Assembly (NCBI GenBank): GCA_963816395.1
Contig: CAWFKQ010000005.1
Coordinates: 192,001-256,000, forward strand
DNA: 64,000 nucleotides
Direction of reading: 5' to 3'
DNA from: an uncultured delta proteobacterium
GTDB taxonomy: Bacteria > Desulfobacterota > Desulfuromonadia > Desulfuromonadales > JACZKF01
Shown here: positions 1-11,661 of the stretch, in pieces
Layout: the number at the start of each line of letters is the position of its first letter
Position numbering within the stretch: position 1 is the first letter of the stretch
Translations under genes and position numbers: made by a program
Notes under the pieces: model-generated
The model's input: the letters and a program-made list of their open reading frames with translations, nothing else
The model's database searches: none
Told to the model about the DNA's origin: nothing

Positions 1-704
1 ACTTTGCCCTGCACCCGCAGCTGGGCACCGGTGAAGGCCCCCTTTTCGTGCCCGAAGAGTTCCGATTCGAGCAGGTTTTCCGGGATGGCGCCGCAGTTGA
101 TGGGAATGAACGGGCCGTCCTTGCGCAGGCTTTTCTCGTGGATGGCCCGGGCCACCAGTTCCTTGCCGGTGCCGCTCTCGCCGAGGATCAGCACCGGGAC
201 ATCGCAACTGGAAATCTTCTTCACCAGTTTAAAGATCTCCTGCATCTCCGGGCACTGGCCGAAGATCCCGGAGATACCCGGCATTGCCGGGTCGGCCGAG
301 CGCTGCAGGCGGAGGTTTTCCACTTCCAGGGAGGCGACGTGGGCCGCCCTGGAGAGGATGATCTTCAGTTGATGCAGATCGATCGGTTTCTGCAGGAAAT
401 CGTAGGCGCCCATCTGTACCGCCCGCAGGGCGTGCTGCCGCTCCTGATTGCCGGTAACGACGATCACCTTGGTCAGAGGACGCTCCCGCAGCACGTCTTC
501 CAGACAGCGGAAACCCTCCTGCGTCCCACCCGGATCGGGCGGCAGCCCGAGGTCGAGAGTCATGACCGGCGGCCGGTGGTGCTTGCACAGCGTCACCGCC
601 TCCTTGGCGTGCATCGCCGCCAGAATCCGGTAGTCCCTGCCCAGACCCCATTTCAGCTGCTTCTGGATTCCTTCATCGTCTTCCACGATCAGCAGTTTCG
701 TCAT
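1..704 (-). CDS. prsR: PEP-CTERM-box sigma-54 response regulator PrsR (runs off the left window edge)
   Basis: Absent from the ORF track; translated by hand: [21 protein letters not shown]...[10 protein letters not shown] receiver, then GESGTGKE Walker A and [18 protein letters not shown] overlaps the upstream stop (TAATG). Confidence 0.9.
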   Translation of the reverse strand, partial: MTKLLIVEDDEGIQKQLKWGLGRDYRILAAMHAKEAVTLCKHHRPPVMTLDLGLPPDPGGTQEGFRCLEDVLRERPLTKVIVVTGNQERQHALRAVQMGAYDFLQKPIDLHQLKIILSRAAHVASLEVENLRLQRSADPAMPGISGIFGQCPEMQEIFKLVKKISSCDVPVLILGESGTGKELVARAIHEKSLRKDGPFIPINCGAIPENLLESELFGHEKGAFTGAQLRVQGK

Positions 705-1630
705 TACGCTTTCCCTGCCATTCTTTTCCGGATGTGGTGGCTGGAGTTCCCGTCAATTCCCGGATCGGCTACCGCGGCGGCTTTCCAGTCGACATCGGCC
801 AGGACGTCTCGCAGCGGCGCGAACGGGAGTTTTTTCACCAGGTAATCGATCTTGCCGAAGGTTTTCTCCAGATTGTGGTAGTGGCGAAAACGCGACTTCC
901 AGTTACTTCGCACCCGCGGCTGGAGCGGATCGATCTCCCAGGGGTGGAAGTAGAGAACAGCCGGTTGCCCCTCCCGTTGGTTGATGTGGTGAAAGGCCCG
1001 GGCAACCAGGCTTGCCGGCAGCAGGCGCAGGTAGCCGCCGCCCCCCACCGGCAGTCGCCATTGCCGCCCGCAGGCCGCAAGACATACGGTGGAGATCGGA
1101 AATTCCCTGATCGACCCCGAAGGGCGACAGATGAGATGGGGGAAGCGCTGCGCGCCCGGAATCCCGTAGAGATCATGGTAAATCGGGTAAATGCTCGAAT
1201 CATGCGTGATCCCCTCTTCGATCAGAATGTCCAGAGCCCACAGGGAGCGGGCGGTTATCGAATAACTCGGCGCTCGATAGCCGGTCACCGGAGAGCCGCT
1301 GATATCCTCCAGCAGACGGCGGGCGCTTCGAACGTCCTCCCGGAAACGCGTCGGTCCGATCTCGTAAATGAGCTGATGGCCAAAACCATGGCTGGCAATT
1401 TCGTGACCGCGGCGCTGGATCTCCCGGACCAGATCCGGCAGCCGCCTGGCGACCCAGCCAAGCACGAAAAAGGTCGCCCGAAGATCGCGCTCTTCCAGCC
1501 AGTCGAGCAGGCGCCGTGTGTTGCCGGCTACCCGCAACGGATAGTGATCCCACTCATCCGGGCGGATATCCCGGCGGAAGGCGGCCACCTGGAAGTAATC
1601 CTCAACATCGATGGTCAGTGCATTGCGCAT
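704..1630 (-). CDS. XrtA/PEP-CTERM system polysaccharide deacetylase
   Basis: [44 protein letters not shown] motifs; locus context. Confidence 0.9.
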   Translation of the reverse strand: MRNALTIDVEDYFQVAAFRRDIRPDEWDHYPLRVAGNTRRLLDWLEERDLRATFFVLGWVARRLPDLVREIQRRGHEIASHGFGHQLIYEIGPTRFREDVRSARRLLEDISGSPVTGYRAPSYSITARSLWALDILIEEGITHDSSIYPIYHDLYGIPGAQRFPHLICRPSGSIREFPISTVCLAACGRQWRLPVGGGGYLRLLPASLVARAFHHINQREGQPAVLYFHPWEIDPLQPRVRSNWKSRFRHYHNLEKTFGKIDYLVKKLPFAPLRDVLADVDWKAAAVADPGIDGNSSHHIRKRMAGKA

Positions 1631-1657
1631 GCGGTCACGGTTCGCATCGACTGTCGC

Positions 1658-2916
1658 TCAGAAAACCTTCCTCAACTCGAGAAAGACCCGGTTGGTTTCG
1701 AAACGGTCCTCCTGAACCTGCGGCGAATGCGAGTCGACCCGGTAAAGGATCAGACTGGCGGTGAGGTCCTCCATGAGCTGGTAGGCCGCGGTGGCGCTGC
1801 CGATCAGGACCTGGGTCCAGGTATCATCCACCTCTTCGTCATACCGGAAGCCGCTGAACGTGAGGGTGCCATTCAGCCGCTCGGTGAATTCATGGTAGAA
1901 ACTGCCGGTCCCCCCATAACGACGGGTATCGAGCTCATCGACATCGACGATCGTAGAAATCGGACAGGGAGGCCGACGCGCTCACCCGCGTACGGGCCCA
2001 GTCCCTCGCAAGGGAAACCCGGTAGTACTCTTCACGCTGGACCGTTCCCTCTGGATCCTCGATATAGTCAACACCCAGCGCCAGGGTGGCGGTCAGCAGC
2101 GTGAAAGCGTGGGACAGCCCCGCATTCCAGTAGGGGTCGTCCTGGTTCATCCCGTCGGAAAAATCGATCCAGGTATAACCGATGGTGCCGAAAATATAGG
2201 AATTCTCCCCATACTCGTAGCGCAGCCCGGTCCACACGTCGTTTTTGTCGTAATCGAGCAGATCGGCGTCTTCATGCAGATAGCGGTAGCCGGCCTGCGC
2301 CTTGGTGCGGGAGGTGAGCTCATGTGTCCCCTCGGCAAAGAGGATGTGATCGGTACTGTCGTTTGTGCCGGTACTGTCGTTTGTGCTATCGCCGCTGTAG
2401 GTGGTCTGGACAAACTGGTAGCCGGTCCTCAGCGAGTTGCGCGGCGACAGGCTGAACTGAGCGTAGGGGCTGAGCGAGAGGATGTTCTGATCGGTCTGGT
2501 TCTGGAACAGGCTTTGCTCCCGGTAATCCCGGGACGTGCTCAGGGAGACCCGGGAGAGCCGATCGAGTCAGTTCCAGAAAATACCGGTCCTTCCAGTTCA
2601 GCAAGGAAACCGTATCGAGAAAGTGCACGGTTTCGTCATCCTGTTCCCCCTTGGCATAAAGACGGTAATCGAGGGTATAGGCCAGATTCATGGTGATCCT
2701 GCTCCCCTGGTAGTCAAAAGAGAGCGAAGGCATGAGCCGGGTGATGAAATCGGAGACCTTGTCCTTCTCGGCATTTAAAATGTTGTCGTCGTAAATTTCG
2801 CTCAGGGTGAGGGCCGGATAAACCTTCAGATCAGCCCGGCAATCGGTGCCCAGAAGATGGCTGAAAAGAATGGAAAAAAACAACAACGCCAACGCCAGTT
2901 TGCACATCGATTTCAT
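1658..2916 (-). CDS. PEP-CTERM system-associated outer-membrane beta-barrel protein (several frameshifts)
   Basis: Signal peptide MKSMCKLALALLF, PALTLSEIYDDNI, aromatic-rich strands across ORFs 2386-2997 and 1935-2237, C-terminal NRVFLELRKVF*. Confidence 0.75.
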
Positions 2917-2926
2917 GGTCAGCCCA

Positions 2927-4081
2927 TCACTGGTTTGACTTGAGAAAAATTTTCCGGAAGCCACTGAGGAAGCCTGTTTTCCGTTGTACGGGAACATCGA
3001 ACCTGGGCATGTTCAGAACGACGTCGATCTCCGGATTTTTTCTGGTGCCGGTTCCGGCGGCCATTACGGCATTGCTGATTTCCCGCACAGAGGATTCGAA
3101 CTGATCGAGTTGCCGATTCAGACTGTCGATTTCCGCCTGCCCGGCCGGGGGCGTTTGCGTCTCCGGCTGAGAGAGTTCTACCGCTGGCGGAGTGGGGGAA
3201 GCGGTTGCCTTTTCCGCCGGCTTGGTCGGCTTCGCCGCCGCCGGCCGCACTGGTGACTTCCTGGGGAAGAACTGGCCCTCGAACTGGGGATCGTCCGCCA
3301 GGTCCGCTACCATTTCTTCCTCTATGACCCTGGTCCCTTCGGCGAAAGCGGACAGCAGGAGGAAATCGCAGAGAATATTGATCAACCGCGGAACCCCGCC
3401 GGTATACTCAAAGATCAGATCCAGGGCGGCGCCGGCAAAGACGACCGCTTCCCGGTTACCGGCAATTTCCAGACGATGGAAGATATAGTTTTCCGCCTCC
3501 TGCCGGTGCAGCGACTGCAGGTGGCAATGGATGCCGATACGCTGACGCAGCTGGCGCAATTCCGGTACCGAGAGGATCTTTTTCAGCTCCGGCTGCCCGA
3601 CCAGAACGATCTGCAGCAGCTTGGCATCGTTGGTCTCCAGGTTGGAGAGGAGGCGCAGCTCCTCCAGGGAGTCGATGCTGAGGTTCTGGGCCTCATCGAC
3701 GATCAGCACCGACCTGCGGTTCATGCCGAACTGCTCGATGAGAAAATGATAAAGGTCCTTGAGCAGCTGGACTTTGTTCCGCCCCTCGGTCGGCAGGCCG
3801 AAATCGTCGTTGATCGTTGCCAGCAGTTCAATCGAGCTCAGTTTGGTGTTGAATACCTTGGAGACCTGGACGTCCGGGCCGAGATTGCGGAGAAGGTTCC
3901 GGATGATGGTCGTCTTCCCCGCCCCCACTTCTCCGGTCAGCAGGACAAAGCCGGAATTCTCCTTCATCGCATAGTCCAGGTAGACGCCGACCTTGCTGTG
4001 CGTCCGGCTCAGATACAGGAACTCCGGGTTGGGCACCAGTTCGAACGGCTTCTTCTCCAGGCCGAAAAAGGGCTCATACAT
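2927..4081 (-). CDS. XrtA/PEP-CTERM system-associated ExeA-like AAA ATPase
   Basis: MYEPFFGLEKKPF, GEVGAGKTT, LIVDEAQNL, LVGQPEL, GVPRLINILCD. Confidence 0.92.
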   Translation of the reverse strand: MYEPFFGLEKKPFELVPNPEFLYLSRTHSKVGVYLDYAMKENSGFVLLTGEVGAGKTTIIRNLLRNLGPDVQVSKVFNTKLSSIELLATINDDFGLPTEGRNKVQLLKDLYHFLIEQFGMNRRSVLIVDEAQNLSIDSLEELRLLSNLETNDAKLLQIVLVGQPELKKILSVPELRQLRQRIGIHCHLQSLHRQEAENYIFHRLEIAGNREAVVFAGAALDLIFEYTGGVPRLINILCDFLLLSAFAEGTRVIEEEMVADLADDPQFEGQFFPRKSPVRPAAAKPTKPAEKATASPTPPAVELSQPETQTPPAGQAEIDSLNRQLDQFESSVREISNAVMAAGTGTRKNPEIDVVLNMPRFDVPVQRKTGFLSGFRKIFLKSNQ

Positions 4082-4083
4082 CT

Positions 4084-4954
4084 TCAGTAACCGTGATAGT
4101 AGTAGTGATAGCGGCCGCTCAGAGATTCGTTGCGGACGTGATTGTAGACCAGCCCGACCACCTTCTTCCGGTGGATGGCATTGAGGGCATCATCGATATG
4201 CCGCAGGGAAACCGACCCCTCTTTGACGACGAAGATCACCCCGTCGACATAGGTGCTCAGGGAACGGGTTTCGGCCACCGGCAGCACCGGCGGCGTGTCG
4301 ATGATGACGAAGCGGTCGGGATAGCGAGTCTTCATCTCATGGACCAGCGCCTTCATCCGCTGGGCTCCCAGCAGCTCCGCCGGGTTTTCCACTTCTCGCC
4401 CGGCAGGGATAAACGAGAGCTTGCCGATGCTGGTGCGGATAAGGACGCTGGAAAGATCGAGTCCGTCGCAGAGGCAATCGGCCAGCCCGGCTTTTGGGCT
4501 GAGATGGAAGTACTTGTGAATGCTCGGCTTGCGCAGGTCCGCATCGACCAGGAGAACGGTATGGTCGTATTCCTGGGCCAGGGTAATGGCCAGATTGATG
4601 GCCGTCAGGCTCTTCCCTTCTCCGCTGAGCGAACTGGTGACCATCAGGGTCTTTTTCATATCCCCTTGGCGCACCATGTTGACGATGGTGGACTTGACCT
4701 TGCGGAATTCCTCGGCAATCGGCGAGCGAGGGTCGTTATAGGTGACGATCATCGGATGATCGATCTGCAGATTCTGCACGGGAGAGCCATTCTGGCCTTT
4801 TCGCGGCGGCGGCCTTGGCGGCGACCGCCTCCCCTTCCCCACGCAGTTCGGCAACCCGTTCCATCGATTGCTCAAGCCGGGAGGAAGCCGCGCCGGACTC
4901 TTTCCCTCCCCGCAACTCAGCTGCTTTTTCCAGTGCTTCATCGATTCGGCTCAC
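4084..4954 (-). CDS. XrtA-associated tyrosine autokinase (BY-kinase, CpsD/Wzc-C-like); one frameshift
   Basis: N-terminus MSRIDEALEKA in ORF 4736-4954; GEGKS, VDADLRKP, IIDTPP and Tyr-rich tail YHYYYHGY in ORF 4084-4941. Confidence 0.88.
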
Positions 4955-4966
4955 GGCTTCCTCCTG

Positions 4967-6499
4967 CTAGAGAATGTTGCGGAACAGTCCGCCGAGATCA
5001 GCCACCTGCTGCCGGAAGTGCATAGATCGCAGGAGTTTGTCCATCAACGGCGCATCGACCATCTGCAGGAACTCGTAACCGAGCACCAGGAAGTAGCCGA
5101 GCAGATAGACGGCCACGCATACCGTCAGGGTGACGGCCTGCTGCCGTTGGCGAAGTTGATCCTCAGTGGTGGTGAACTGGGGGATAAGGGCGAGCACGGG
5201 CAGGCCCAGCTCCTGCACCGTATCGATGCTCTTGACCGAGGAATCGAAGTAATGCAGGGCGTAGATGACGCCGAAGCCGGCGCCCAGGGCCGCGAGCAGG
5301 CTCATCAGAAGGATCGCCACCCGGTTCGGGCTGACCGGCCGCTCCGGCAGAATGGCCGCGTCGACGATGCGGAAGGCATCGACTTTGTCCTGGATCTCCA
5401 TCTGCTTGGAGAGCTCGGATTTGCCGTAGCGCAGCACCAGTTGGTCATAGGTATTTTTGTAGGTGTCGCGGTCACGCAGCAGTTCGTTGTAGATCTTGTG
5501 CTTCTCGGGCAAGGTGGCGAGAATGGCTTTTTTCTCTTCCAGACTCTTCTTGAGGGTCTCTTCCTTGCGCACCAGGGCATTGAGCTCGATATTGAGCAGC
5601 GTCCCTTCCATGCTGGCGTCCTCGGCAATCCGCGGGGCTTTCTCTCCTTTCCCGCTGGCCTTTATCGCCTGCCGGATCTGCTCTATCTCGGCATTGATCA
5701 GAATCACCTCGGGATAGTTATCGGTATAGACCAGCAGCAACTGGTCCCGCCTTCTCTGCAGATCCGCCAGGTGCTCCGCCGAGGTTCCGCCCTGGGTGCT
5801 TCCCCGATTGAGCAGCGACTTTTTGGCCTGCAGGGCCGTTTTCTGGGTTTCCAGCTCGTTCAGCATCGCCTCGCCCTGGCGAATCTCGGTCAGCAGGTAG
5901 CTGTCGTCGTTGAATACCGCGTAACTCTCCTGCTGTTTGAACTGCGCCAGACGGCCTTCCGCTTCCTGAATCTTGCTGCGAAAATGCTCCATCTGTTCCG
6001 ACAGGAAGCGGTTGGCGCCGTAGGATTCCTGTCGATTGGCCGACAGGTTCTGCTCGATGTACTTTTGAATCAGGGTGTTCACGTAATCCCTGGCCAGGCG
6101 CGGATTACTGTTGGCGTACTGGATAATGAATAGATCTTTATCCTTGATGGTAATTTTGGTGTTCTTCTGAAAATCTTTGATCAAGCTGTTGGTGTTGTTC
6201 TTGTCAACCAGATCGACATCCAGGGCATCGATCACTTTCAGCAGAAGATTCCGGCTGCCCAGCATCTGGCTCAGGACCTTGAGACGTCCCTCGAGTGACT
6301 GGGTAATCGCGATCCCTTCGACAAGATCGTTAATGACGCTTTTCTCGATGAAAACCGTCGACTGGGCTTCATACTTCTGAGGCCAAAGATAGGTCGTAAC
6401 GATTCCTACCGTGCAAACCGCAATGGCAATGATGGTGAACAGAATTTTCTTCTGCAGAATGATGTTCAGATACGTCCTGTAATCGATTTCCCCGGCCAT
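4967..6499 (-). CDS. XrtA system polysaccharide chain-length determinant
   Basis: N- and C-terminal TM helices around a long coiled coil; FRIVDAAILPERPVSPNR. Confidence 0.9.
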   Translation of the reverse strand: MAGEIDYRTYLNIILQKKILFTIIAIAVCTVGIVTTYLWPQKYEAQSTVFIEKSVINDLVEGIAITQSLEGRLKVLSQMLGSRNLLLKVIDALDVDLVDKNNTNSLIKDFQKNTKITIKDKDLFIIQYANSNPRLARDYVNTLIQKYIEQNLSANRQESYGANRFLSEQMEHFRSKIQEAEGRLAQFKQQESYAVFNDDSYLLTEIRQGEAMLNELETQKTALQAKKSLLNRGSTQGGTSAEHLADLQRRRDQLLLVYTDNYPEVILINAEIEQIRQAIKASGKGEKAPRIAEDASMEGTLLNIELNALVRKEETLKKSLEEKKAILATLPEKHKIYNELLRDRDTYKNTYDQLVLRYGKSELSKQMEIQDKVDAFRIVDAAILPERPVSPNRVAILLMSLLAALGAGFGVIYALHYFDSSVKSIDTVQELGLPVLALIPQFTTTEDQLRQRQQAVTLTVCVAVYLLGYFLVLGYEFLQMVDAPLMDKLLRSMHFRQQVADLGGLFRNIL

Positions 6500-6511
6500 T
6501 CCCGTTCTCCC

Positions 6512-7318
6512 TTAGAAAAGACCTTCTTTAACGATGATGTAATCCCCGACGTTAAGCTTGACGTTCTGGCTCAGGTCGCCGTCTTCCATAAGGTCCTTCA
6601 TTTTGACGGCGATCGACTTCTTCTGTCCCTCCGCATCTCTGAGAATGAGGGTGTCGTTCGGCTTGGCAAATCTGTTGAACCCTCCCGCCTGAAGAATCGC
6701 TTCCATCACCGTCAGTCCCTCCCGGTATTCGATGAAGCGGGGAGAATTGACAGCGCCCAGGACATAGACGTTCTTTTCTTCGACGATCGGAATGAAGATC
6801 ACATCGTTGCTCTCCAGGACGATATCTTCGGCGGCATTACCCTTGAGAAAGAGTTGCTCGAACCCGGTCTTGATCTTCTTGCCGTCCCGCAGAACATAGG
6901 ACCTCTTGAGATCGGCATTGGTGAAATCGGAGATCTGGCAGAGAAGCTCCAGCAGAGTGGTCCGGCGGGTGAGGTCAAAGACACCGGAAGAGACACCGCC
7001 ACCGAAAATGTGCACCTGATTGTTGGTGATCTGCCGGACCGAAACGGTGACGATGGGGTTTTTGACCAGGGTCTTCAACCCATCTTCCAGCAGGAGTTGC
7101 AACCGGTGGGGGGTTTTTGCGGTGGCGGTAACCTCGCCCAGACCAGGAACCGTGATCTTCCCATCCGGCCGGACGATCGCCGAAAAACTCAGTTCCTTCA
7201 CTCCCCAGACGGAGACATCGAGTACATCGCCGTCGCCGATGACGTAATCACCGGCCCGGGCCCCCGGAACCACTGTGACCAGGAGCAGCAGAATGACCGC
7301 CAGAAAACGTAACTTCAT
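6512..7318 (-). CDS. Polysaccharide export protein (Wza/Poly_export plus SLBB domains)
   Basis: YVIGDGDVLDVSVW, VRPDGKITVP, VYVLGAVNSP. Confidence 0.9.
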   Translation of the reverse strand: MKLRFLAVILLLLVTVVPGARAGDYVIGDGDVLDVSVWGVKELSFSAIVRPDGKITVPGLGEVTATAKTPHRLQLLLEDGLKTLVKNPIVTVSVRQITNNQVHIFGGGVSSGVFDLTRRTTLLELLCQISDFTNADLKRSYVLRDGKKIKTGFEQLFLKGNAAEDIVLESNDVIFIPIVEEKNVYVLGAVNSPRFIEYREGLTVMEAILQAGGFNRFAKPNDTLILRDAEGQKKSIAVKMKDLMEDGDLSQNVKLNVGDYIIVKEGLF

Positions 7319-7367
7319 TGTTGCCTCCTCTTGTTTCTTACCATCCAGAGACCTCTCCGGATGGGAA

Positions 7368-8721
7368 CTACCTGGCGCCGCGACCGAAAAGAACGACCTT
7401 GATGGTCTCCAGGATGATCATCAGGTCGAGAAAGAGCGAATAGTTCTTGATGTAGTAAAGGTCATACCGCAGCTTCTCAACGGCATCCTCAATGGAGGCG
7501 CCGTAGGAGTACTTGATCTGGGCCCAGCCGGTGGCGCCCGGCTTGACGCTGTGCCGGTTGGAGTAGTAGGGAATCTCCTTCTTGAGATTCTCCACGAATT
7601 CAGGTCGTTCGGGACGTGGACCGACCAGGCTCATGTCGCCGCGTATGATGTTTAATAACTGCGGCATTTCATCGAGGCGGGTCTTACGCAGCCAGCGCCC
7701 GACCCGGGTGATCCGCGGATCGTTTTCCACGGCCCAGACGGCGCCGGTGGTTTTTTCGGCATTCCGGTGCATGGTGCGGAATTTATAGAGGGTGAAGTTC
7801 TGCTCACCTTTGCCGACTCTTACCTGCTTGAAAAACACCGGTCCCTCCGAATCGGCCTTGATCAATAGGGAAACCAGGGGCAGCAGCAGCCCGCCCAGAA
7901 GGATGCCGATGCTGGCGAACACCAGGTCGATGGCGCGTTTGCAAAAGCGGGTAAATAGCGTCAACCGCGCGTTGCCGGAGAAGATGAACCAGCTGGGGTG
8001 GATTTTCTCCACCATCAACTTGCCGGTGATCTGTTCATAAAAGGACATGGCATCAACGATCTCTATGCCGCTCAGTTTGCAGCCGAGAATTTCCCGAACC
8101 GGCAGAACTCCCCGCCGCTCAGTGAGTGAAATGACAATTTTGTCGACTTTCTCCCGGATCGCCAGTTTGGTAAGGGACTCGTCACCGAATTTCCCGCCTT
8201 CCCCGTCCGCTTCATTGCTCGGCCGTATCAGCCCGGCCAGCACGTAATCGTGGGGTCCGGCGGCGAGCAGTCTGGCGATCTGGTCCGTCACTGGTCCGCC
8301 GCCCAGGATCAGGATCTTCTCGGCCATCCCCGGAATCTTGAACAGCAGATGGAAACCGCTGTGGAAGATAAATTGCAGCACCCCGAAGATGATGAGGGCA
8401 AGGGCAAAGGCAACCCGCGGCGGACCGAGGCGGGGGAGGAAATAATAGAAGCCGGCAAGAACAATAAAGGCCAGGCCCAGGGCGGCGAGGATGCGCAGGA
8501 ACAGTTCGCTCTTGCGCTGCTGAATGCCTCCGTTGTAAAGCTCCGCCAGGTAACCGGTAATTATGACCGCCGCGATAAAGAGGACGATTTGCCATAGGTC
8601 TGCCGGTAAAAAATTCTCCCCCGGCCAGCGAAATCCGCGACCGCAAGGGCCATCCGCAGCCATAGGCAAGGACGGCCAGGGAGGCATCTCCTCCCATCAG
8701 GATCAGCAGGGTCTTGCTCAT
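7368..8721 (-). CDS. PEP-CTERM system sugar transferase (priming glycosyltransferase); frameshift near the N-terminus
   Basis: KFRTM, DPRITRVGRWLRKTRLDEMPQL, GDMSLVGPRPERP, KPGATGWAQI; start MSKTLLIL overlaps the prsT stop. Confidence 0.9.
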
Positions 8722-11399
8722 AATTTGCCAGCCGAAACTTTCCCCGAGAGCTTTTGCAGCATGGCTCTTGCCTGGTCTGCCTCCGGAAACGACCCTTTGG
8801 CCAAGGCATAGCGCAAAGACCGGAGAGAATGTTCGATTTTCCCCTGTCGCTCATAAATGAGGGCCAGATGGTACTGGATGGTTGGCATGTCGGGGAGGAG
8901 GGTCGCAGCCTTTTCCAGCACCTGACAGGCTTCGGCGGTGCGTCCGTTGCTGAACAGGACATACCCCATGGTGTCGAGAACCCAGGGATTCTCCGGCTGC
9001 ATCCGGTAGGCCCGCGAGGCCAGTTCCAGGGCTTCTTGCCGGTGCTCGGACGATTCGGCGTAGCAGTAGGCAAGATTGTTCAGGGCCGGGGCGAAATCGG
9101 CATTGTGCGCTAAGGCCTGCCGATAGAGACGGATCGCCTGCTCTCGCTTACCTAGCCGCTCATACACCGCGCCAAGGGCAAAGAGGGCTGGGTAGCAGTC
9201 CGGCTGCGCCTGGGAAATCCCTTCATAGGTTTGCACCGCCGCCTGCAGGTTGCCGCTCTTCTCGTACAGCTCGCCCAGGCGCAGGCGGAGGGGAAGGTTA
9301 TTGTCGATACGCCGGGCGGCTTCTTTGAGAAGGGTGATCGCCTCGCCGAGTTGCCCCGCCTTTTCCTGTACGGACGAGAGACAAAGGTATCCGAGAGGCA
9401 CCCCCGGGAATTGCCGGATCAGTCGCTGCGATACCTCCGCGGCTTTTTCGTTGTCGCCCTGCTGAAGGTAGGCTTCAGTCAGCAGCCCCGCCCCTCTGCC
9501 GGGGGCAAGCCGGTCGAGCAGGGTAAAGGTTTCAATTGCCGCCTGGAACTGTCGGGCAGCCAACTGTATCCTCCCCTTCAGCTCACAGGCGGAGGTGTTT
9601 TTGGGATCTTTCCGGATTAATTCATCTAAAGTTGCTATTGCCTCCGCGGTCTTGCCCGCTCGCTGGAGATAGTTGGCCAAGCCCAGATAGCCAGCGGCCT
9701 GGCCGGAATCTTTGGCCTGCCGGTACCACCCTGCCGCCGCCTCTTCCTGCCCGGCAAGTTCAGAGGTCAGACCGAGCAGCAGCAGGGGCTTAAGCGCACC
9801 GGGTTGCCTGCCCAGAATGCTCCGATATTCGGCTATGCTCTTCGGGAAGTCGCCTTTGCCGGCGTAATAGGCCGCCAGATTGTAATAGGGGGTCAGATAG
9901 TCCGGTTTCAGCTCTTTGGCCTTCAGCAGGCACTCGACCCCTTGATCGAAATTTCTCTCACCGAAATAGGAGGCAGCCAGATAATTGTAGAAAAGGGCAT
10001 CACTTTCCTTTCCGGTCAGCCCTTCCCGGAGGATCCGGATAGCTTCTGGATAGTTCTTCTGCTGCAGATAATACCGGGCCAGAACGAGGCGGATATCCGG
10101 GATTTCCGGTGCGATCGCCAAGGCTTTGACCATGTTTCCCTCGGCTTGTTCCAAGTCTCCCGCCGAGAGATTGGACAACCCCTTTTTGAGGTATGCCTCG
10201 GCAAGGGTCGGGTTGAGGTCGATCGCCCGGTCGAACTCCTCCATCGCCTGATCGAGTTGCCCCTTGCTCAGGTAGGCGCTCCCCAGGGTGCTGTGGGCCA
10301 GGGCATTCTTCCCATCTTTTTCCAGTACCCGGCGGAGGGCGGCAATAGCGTCGTCGACCCGCTTCTGCCGCAACAGGATTGCTGCCAGGACGATCCTCGG
10401 CTGCGCTGCATCGGGCTGGTGATCGAGTATCCGCTGGAACTGGTTGATGGCCATTTCCAGGTGCCCCAGCTTGTAGTAGCTCATCCCCAGCATGTACCAG
10501 GTCAGCAGGTCGGGCCGCTGTTCGGCAACTTTCTGCAGATCGTTAACCGCCGCCTCGATATCCCCCCGCAGATAACAGACGTACCCTTTCAGTTGCCGGC
10601 CCTGCGGTTGCCCGGGAAATTTCTCCAGGAGTTGTCCGGCCAGGGCGTCGGCGTCGTCGGTCTTTCCGTTTTCCAGAAGCAGCAGCCCGGCCATGTAGAG
10701 GGCGGTGGAGTTGCCGGGATCGAGTTCACTCACCCGCCGGTATAACCGCAGCGCCTGCTCGCGTTGACCGAACGAAGATTCGACCCTGGCGAGGAGAAAA
10801 TTGGCGGCGGCATTGTCGGGTTCCCTGGCAGTGAGCTCACGGAGCAGGACTCGGGCCTCTTCCCTCTTGCCAATGTGGAGCAGACAATCGGCCAGATCGA
10901 GGATCAGCGGTGCCTTTTGCGGAGCCAGCCGAAGCGCCTGGCGGAAACTTTTTTCCGCGGCATCCGTATCCCCCTTGAGCATGCAGGCTTTCCCCATCAA
11001 CTGCAGGGCGTCTACGCTGTCCGGATTTGCCTTCAGGTAACTGCCTATTTCTTGTACGGCCAGCTCAGGTCGCCGGGTCCGGTTGTACAGTTCCGCCAAT
11101 TTAAGCGGCAGTTCCGGAAAGGACGGGGACTGCATCGCCACTTTATGGAATTCCTTTTCGGCGATTTCAAACTTTCCCAACTGCAGGTACTCATCGGCCA
11201 GGTAGAATCTGGCCCGGTAATCGTTTGGATCTTTCTCCAGGACGCTTTTGAACAACACGATCGCCCCGTGATGGTTCTGCGCCAGTCGCTGTTCCAGACC
11301 CTGCTGCAAAAGATCTTCCTTGCTCGACCTGCTGCACCCTGCCGAGAAAAGGAGCAGACCAGCGCAGGCCCAAATGGCGGCGGAGAACAACTTTTTCAT
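8718..11399 (-). CDS. prsT: XrtA/PEP-CTERM system TPR-repeat lipoprotein PrsT
   Basis: Lipobox FSAGC; TPR repeats over 893 aa; ALNNLAY...VLDTMGY near the C-terminus. Confidence 0.88.
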   Translation of the reverse strand: MKKLFSAAIWACAGLLLFSAGCSRSSKEDLLQQGLEQRLAQNHHGAIVLFKSVLEKDPNDYRARFYLADEYLQLGKFEIAEKEFHKVAMQSPSFPELPLKLAELYNRTRRPELAVQEIGSYLKANPDSVDALQLMGKACMLKGDTDAAEKSFRQALRLAPQKAPLILDLADCLLHIGKREEARVLLRELTAREPDNAAANFLLARVESSFGQREQALRLYRRVSELDPGNSTALYMAGLLLLENGKTDDADALAGQLLEKFPGQPQGRQLKGYVCYLRGDIEAAVNDLQKVAEQRPDLLTWYMLGMSYYKLGHLEMAINQFQRILDHQPDAAQPRIVLAAILLRQKRVDDAIAALRRVLEKDGKNALAHSTLGSAYLSKGQLDQAMEEFDRAIDLNPTLAEAYLKKGLSNLSAGDLEQAEGNMVKALAIAPEIPDIRLVLARYYLQQKNYPEAIRILREGLTGKESDALFYNYLAASYFGERNFDQGVECLLKAKELKPDYLTPYYNLAAYYAGKGDFPKSIAEYRSILGRQPGALKPLLLLGLTSELAGQEEAAAGWYRQAKDSGQAAGYLGLANYLQRAGKTAEAIATLDELIRKDPKNTSACELKGRIQLAARQFQAAIETFTLLDRLAPGRGAGLLTEAYLQQGDNEKAAEVSQRLIRQFPGVPLGYLCLSSVQEKAGQLGEAITLLKEAARRIDNNLPLRLRLGELYEKSGNLQAAVQTYEGISQAQPDCYPALFALGAVYERLGKREQAIRLYRQALAHNADFAPALNNLAYCYAESSEHRQEALELASRAYRMQPENPWVLDTMGYVLFSNGRTAEACQVLEKAATLLPDMPTIQYHLALIYERQGKIEHSLRSLRYALAKGSFPEADQARAMLQKLSGKVSAGKL

Positions 11400-11661
11400 C
11401 TCAATTCCTGAATTTGAGTGGATTCTATGTTTTTCCGACAGGTGTACTTTTGCCTTGCGCTCCGGGAGGAAGAAACGGAAGGCTTCCCGGATTTTGTGAA
11501 TTGCCTCTAATTTGTAGCAAAGCTTGCCGGTTTTTCAATGAGAAGAAGCAATTAATTTTATTTTTCGACACCGGTCTGCCTGCTCCCCGCCCAAAGTGTT
11601 TCCTTTGGTAACAAGAAATTCAGACGAGGGAGAAAATCCAGGAAAGGAGGGCGGGTTTATA

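Noticed and set aside
11516..11530. Sigma-54 promoter upstream of prsT (minus strand CGGCAAGCTTTGC)
   Set aside because: Spacing is GG-N8-GC, not N10; cannot be supported unless an indel error is shown.
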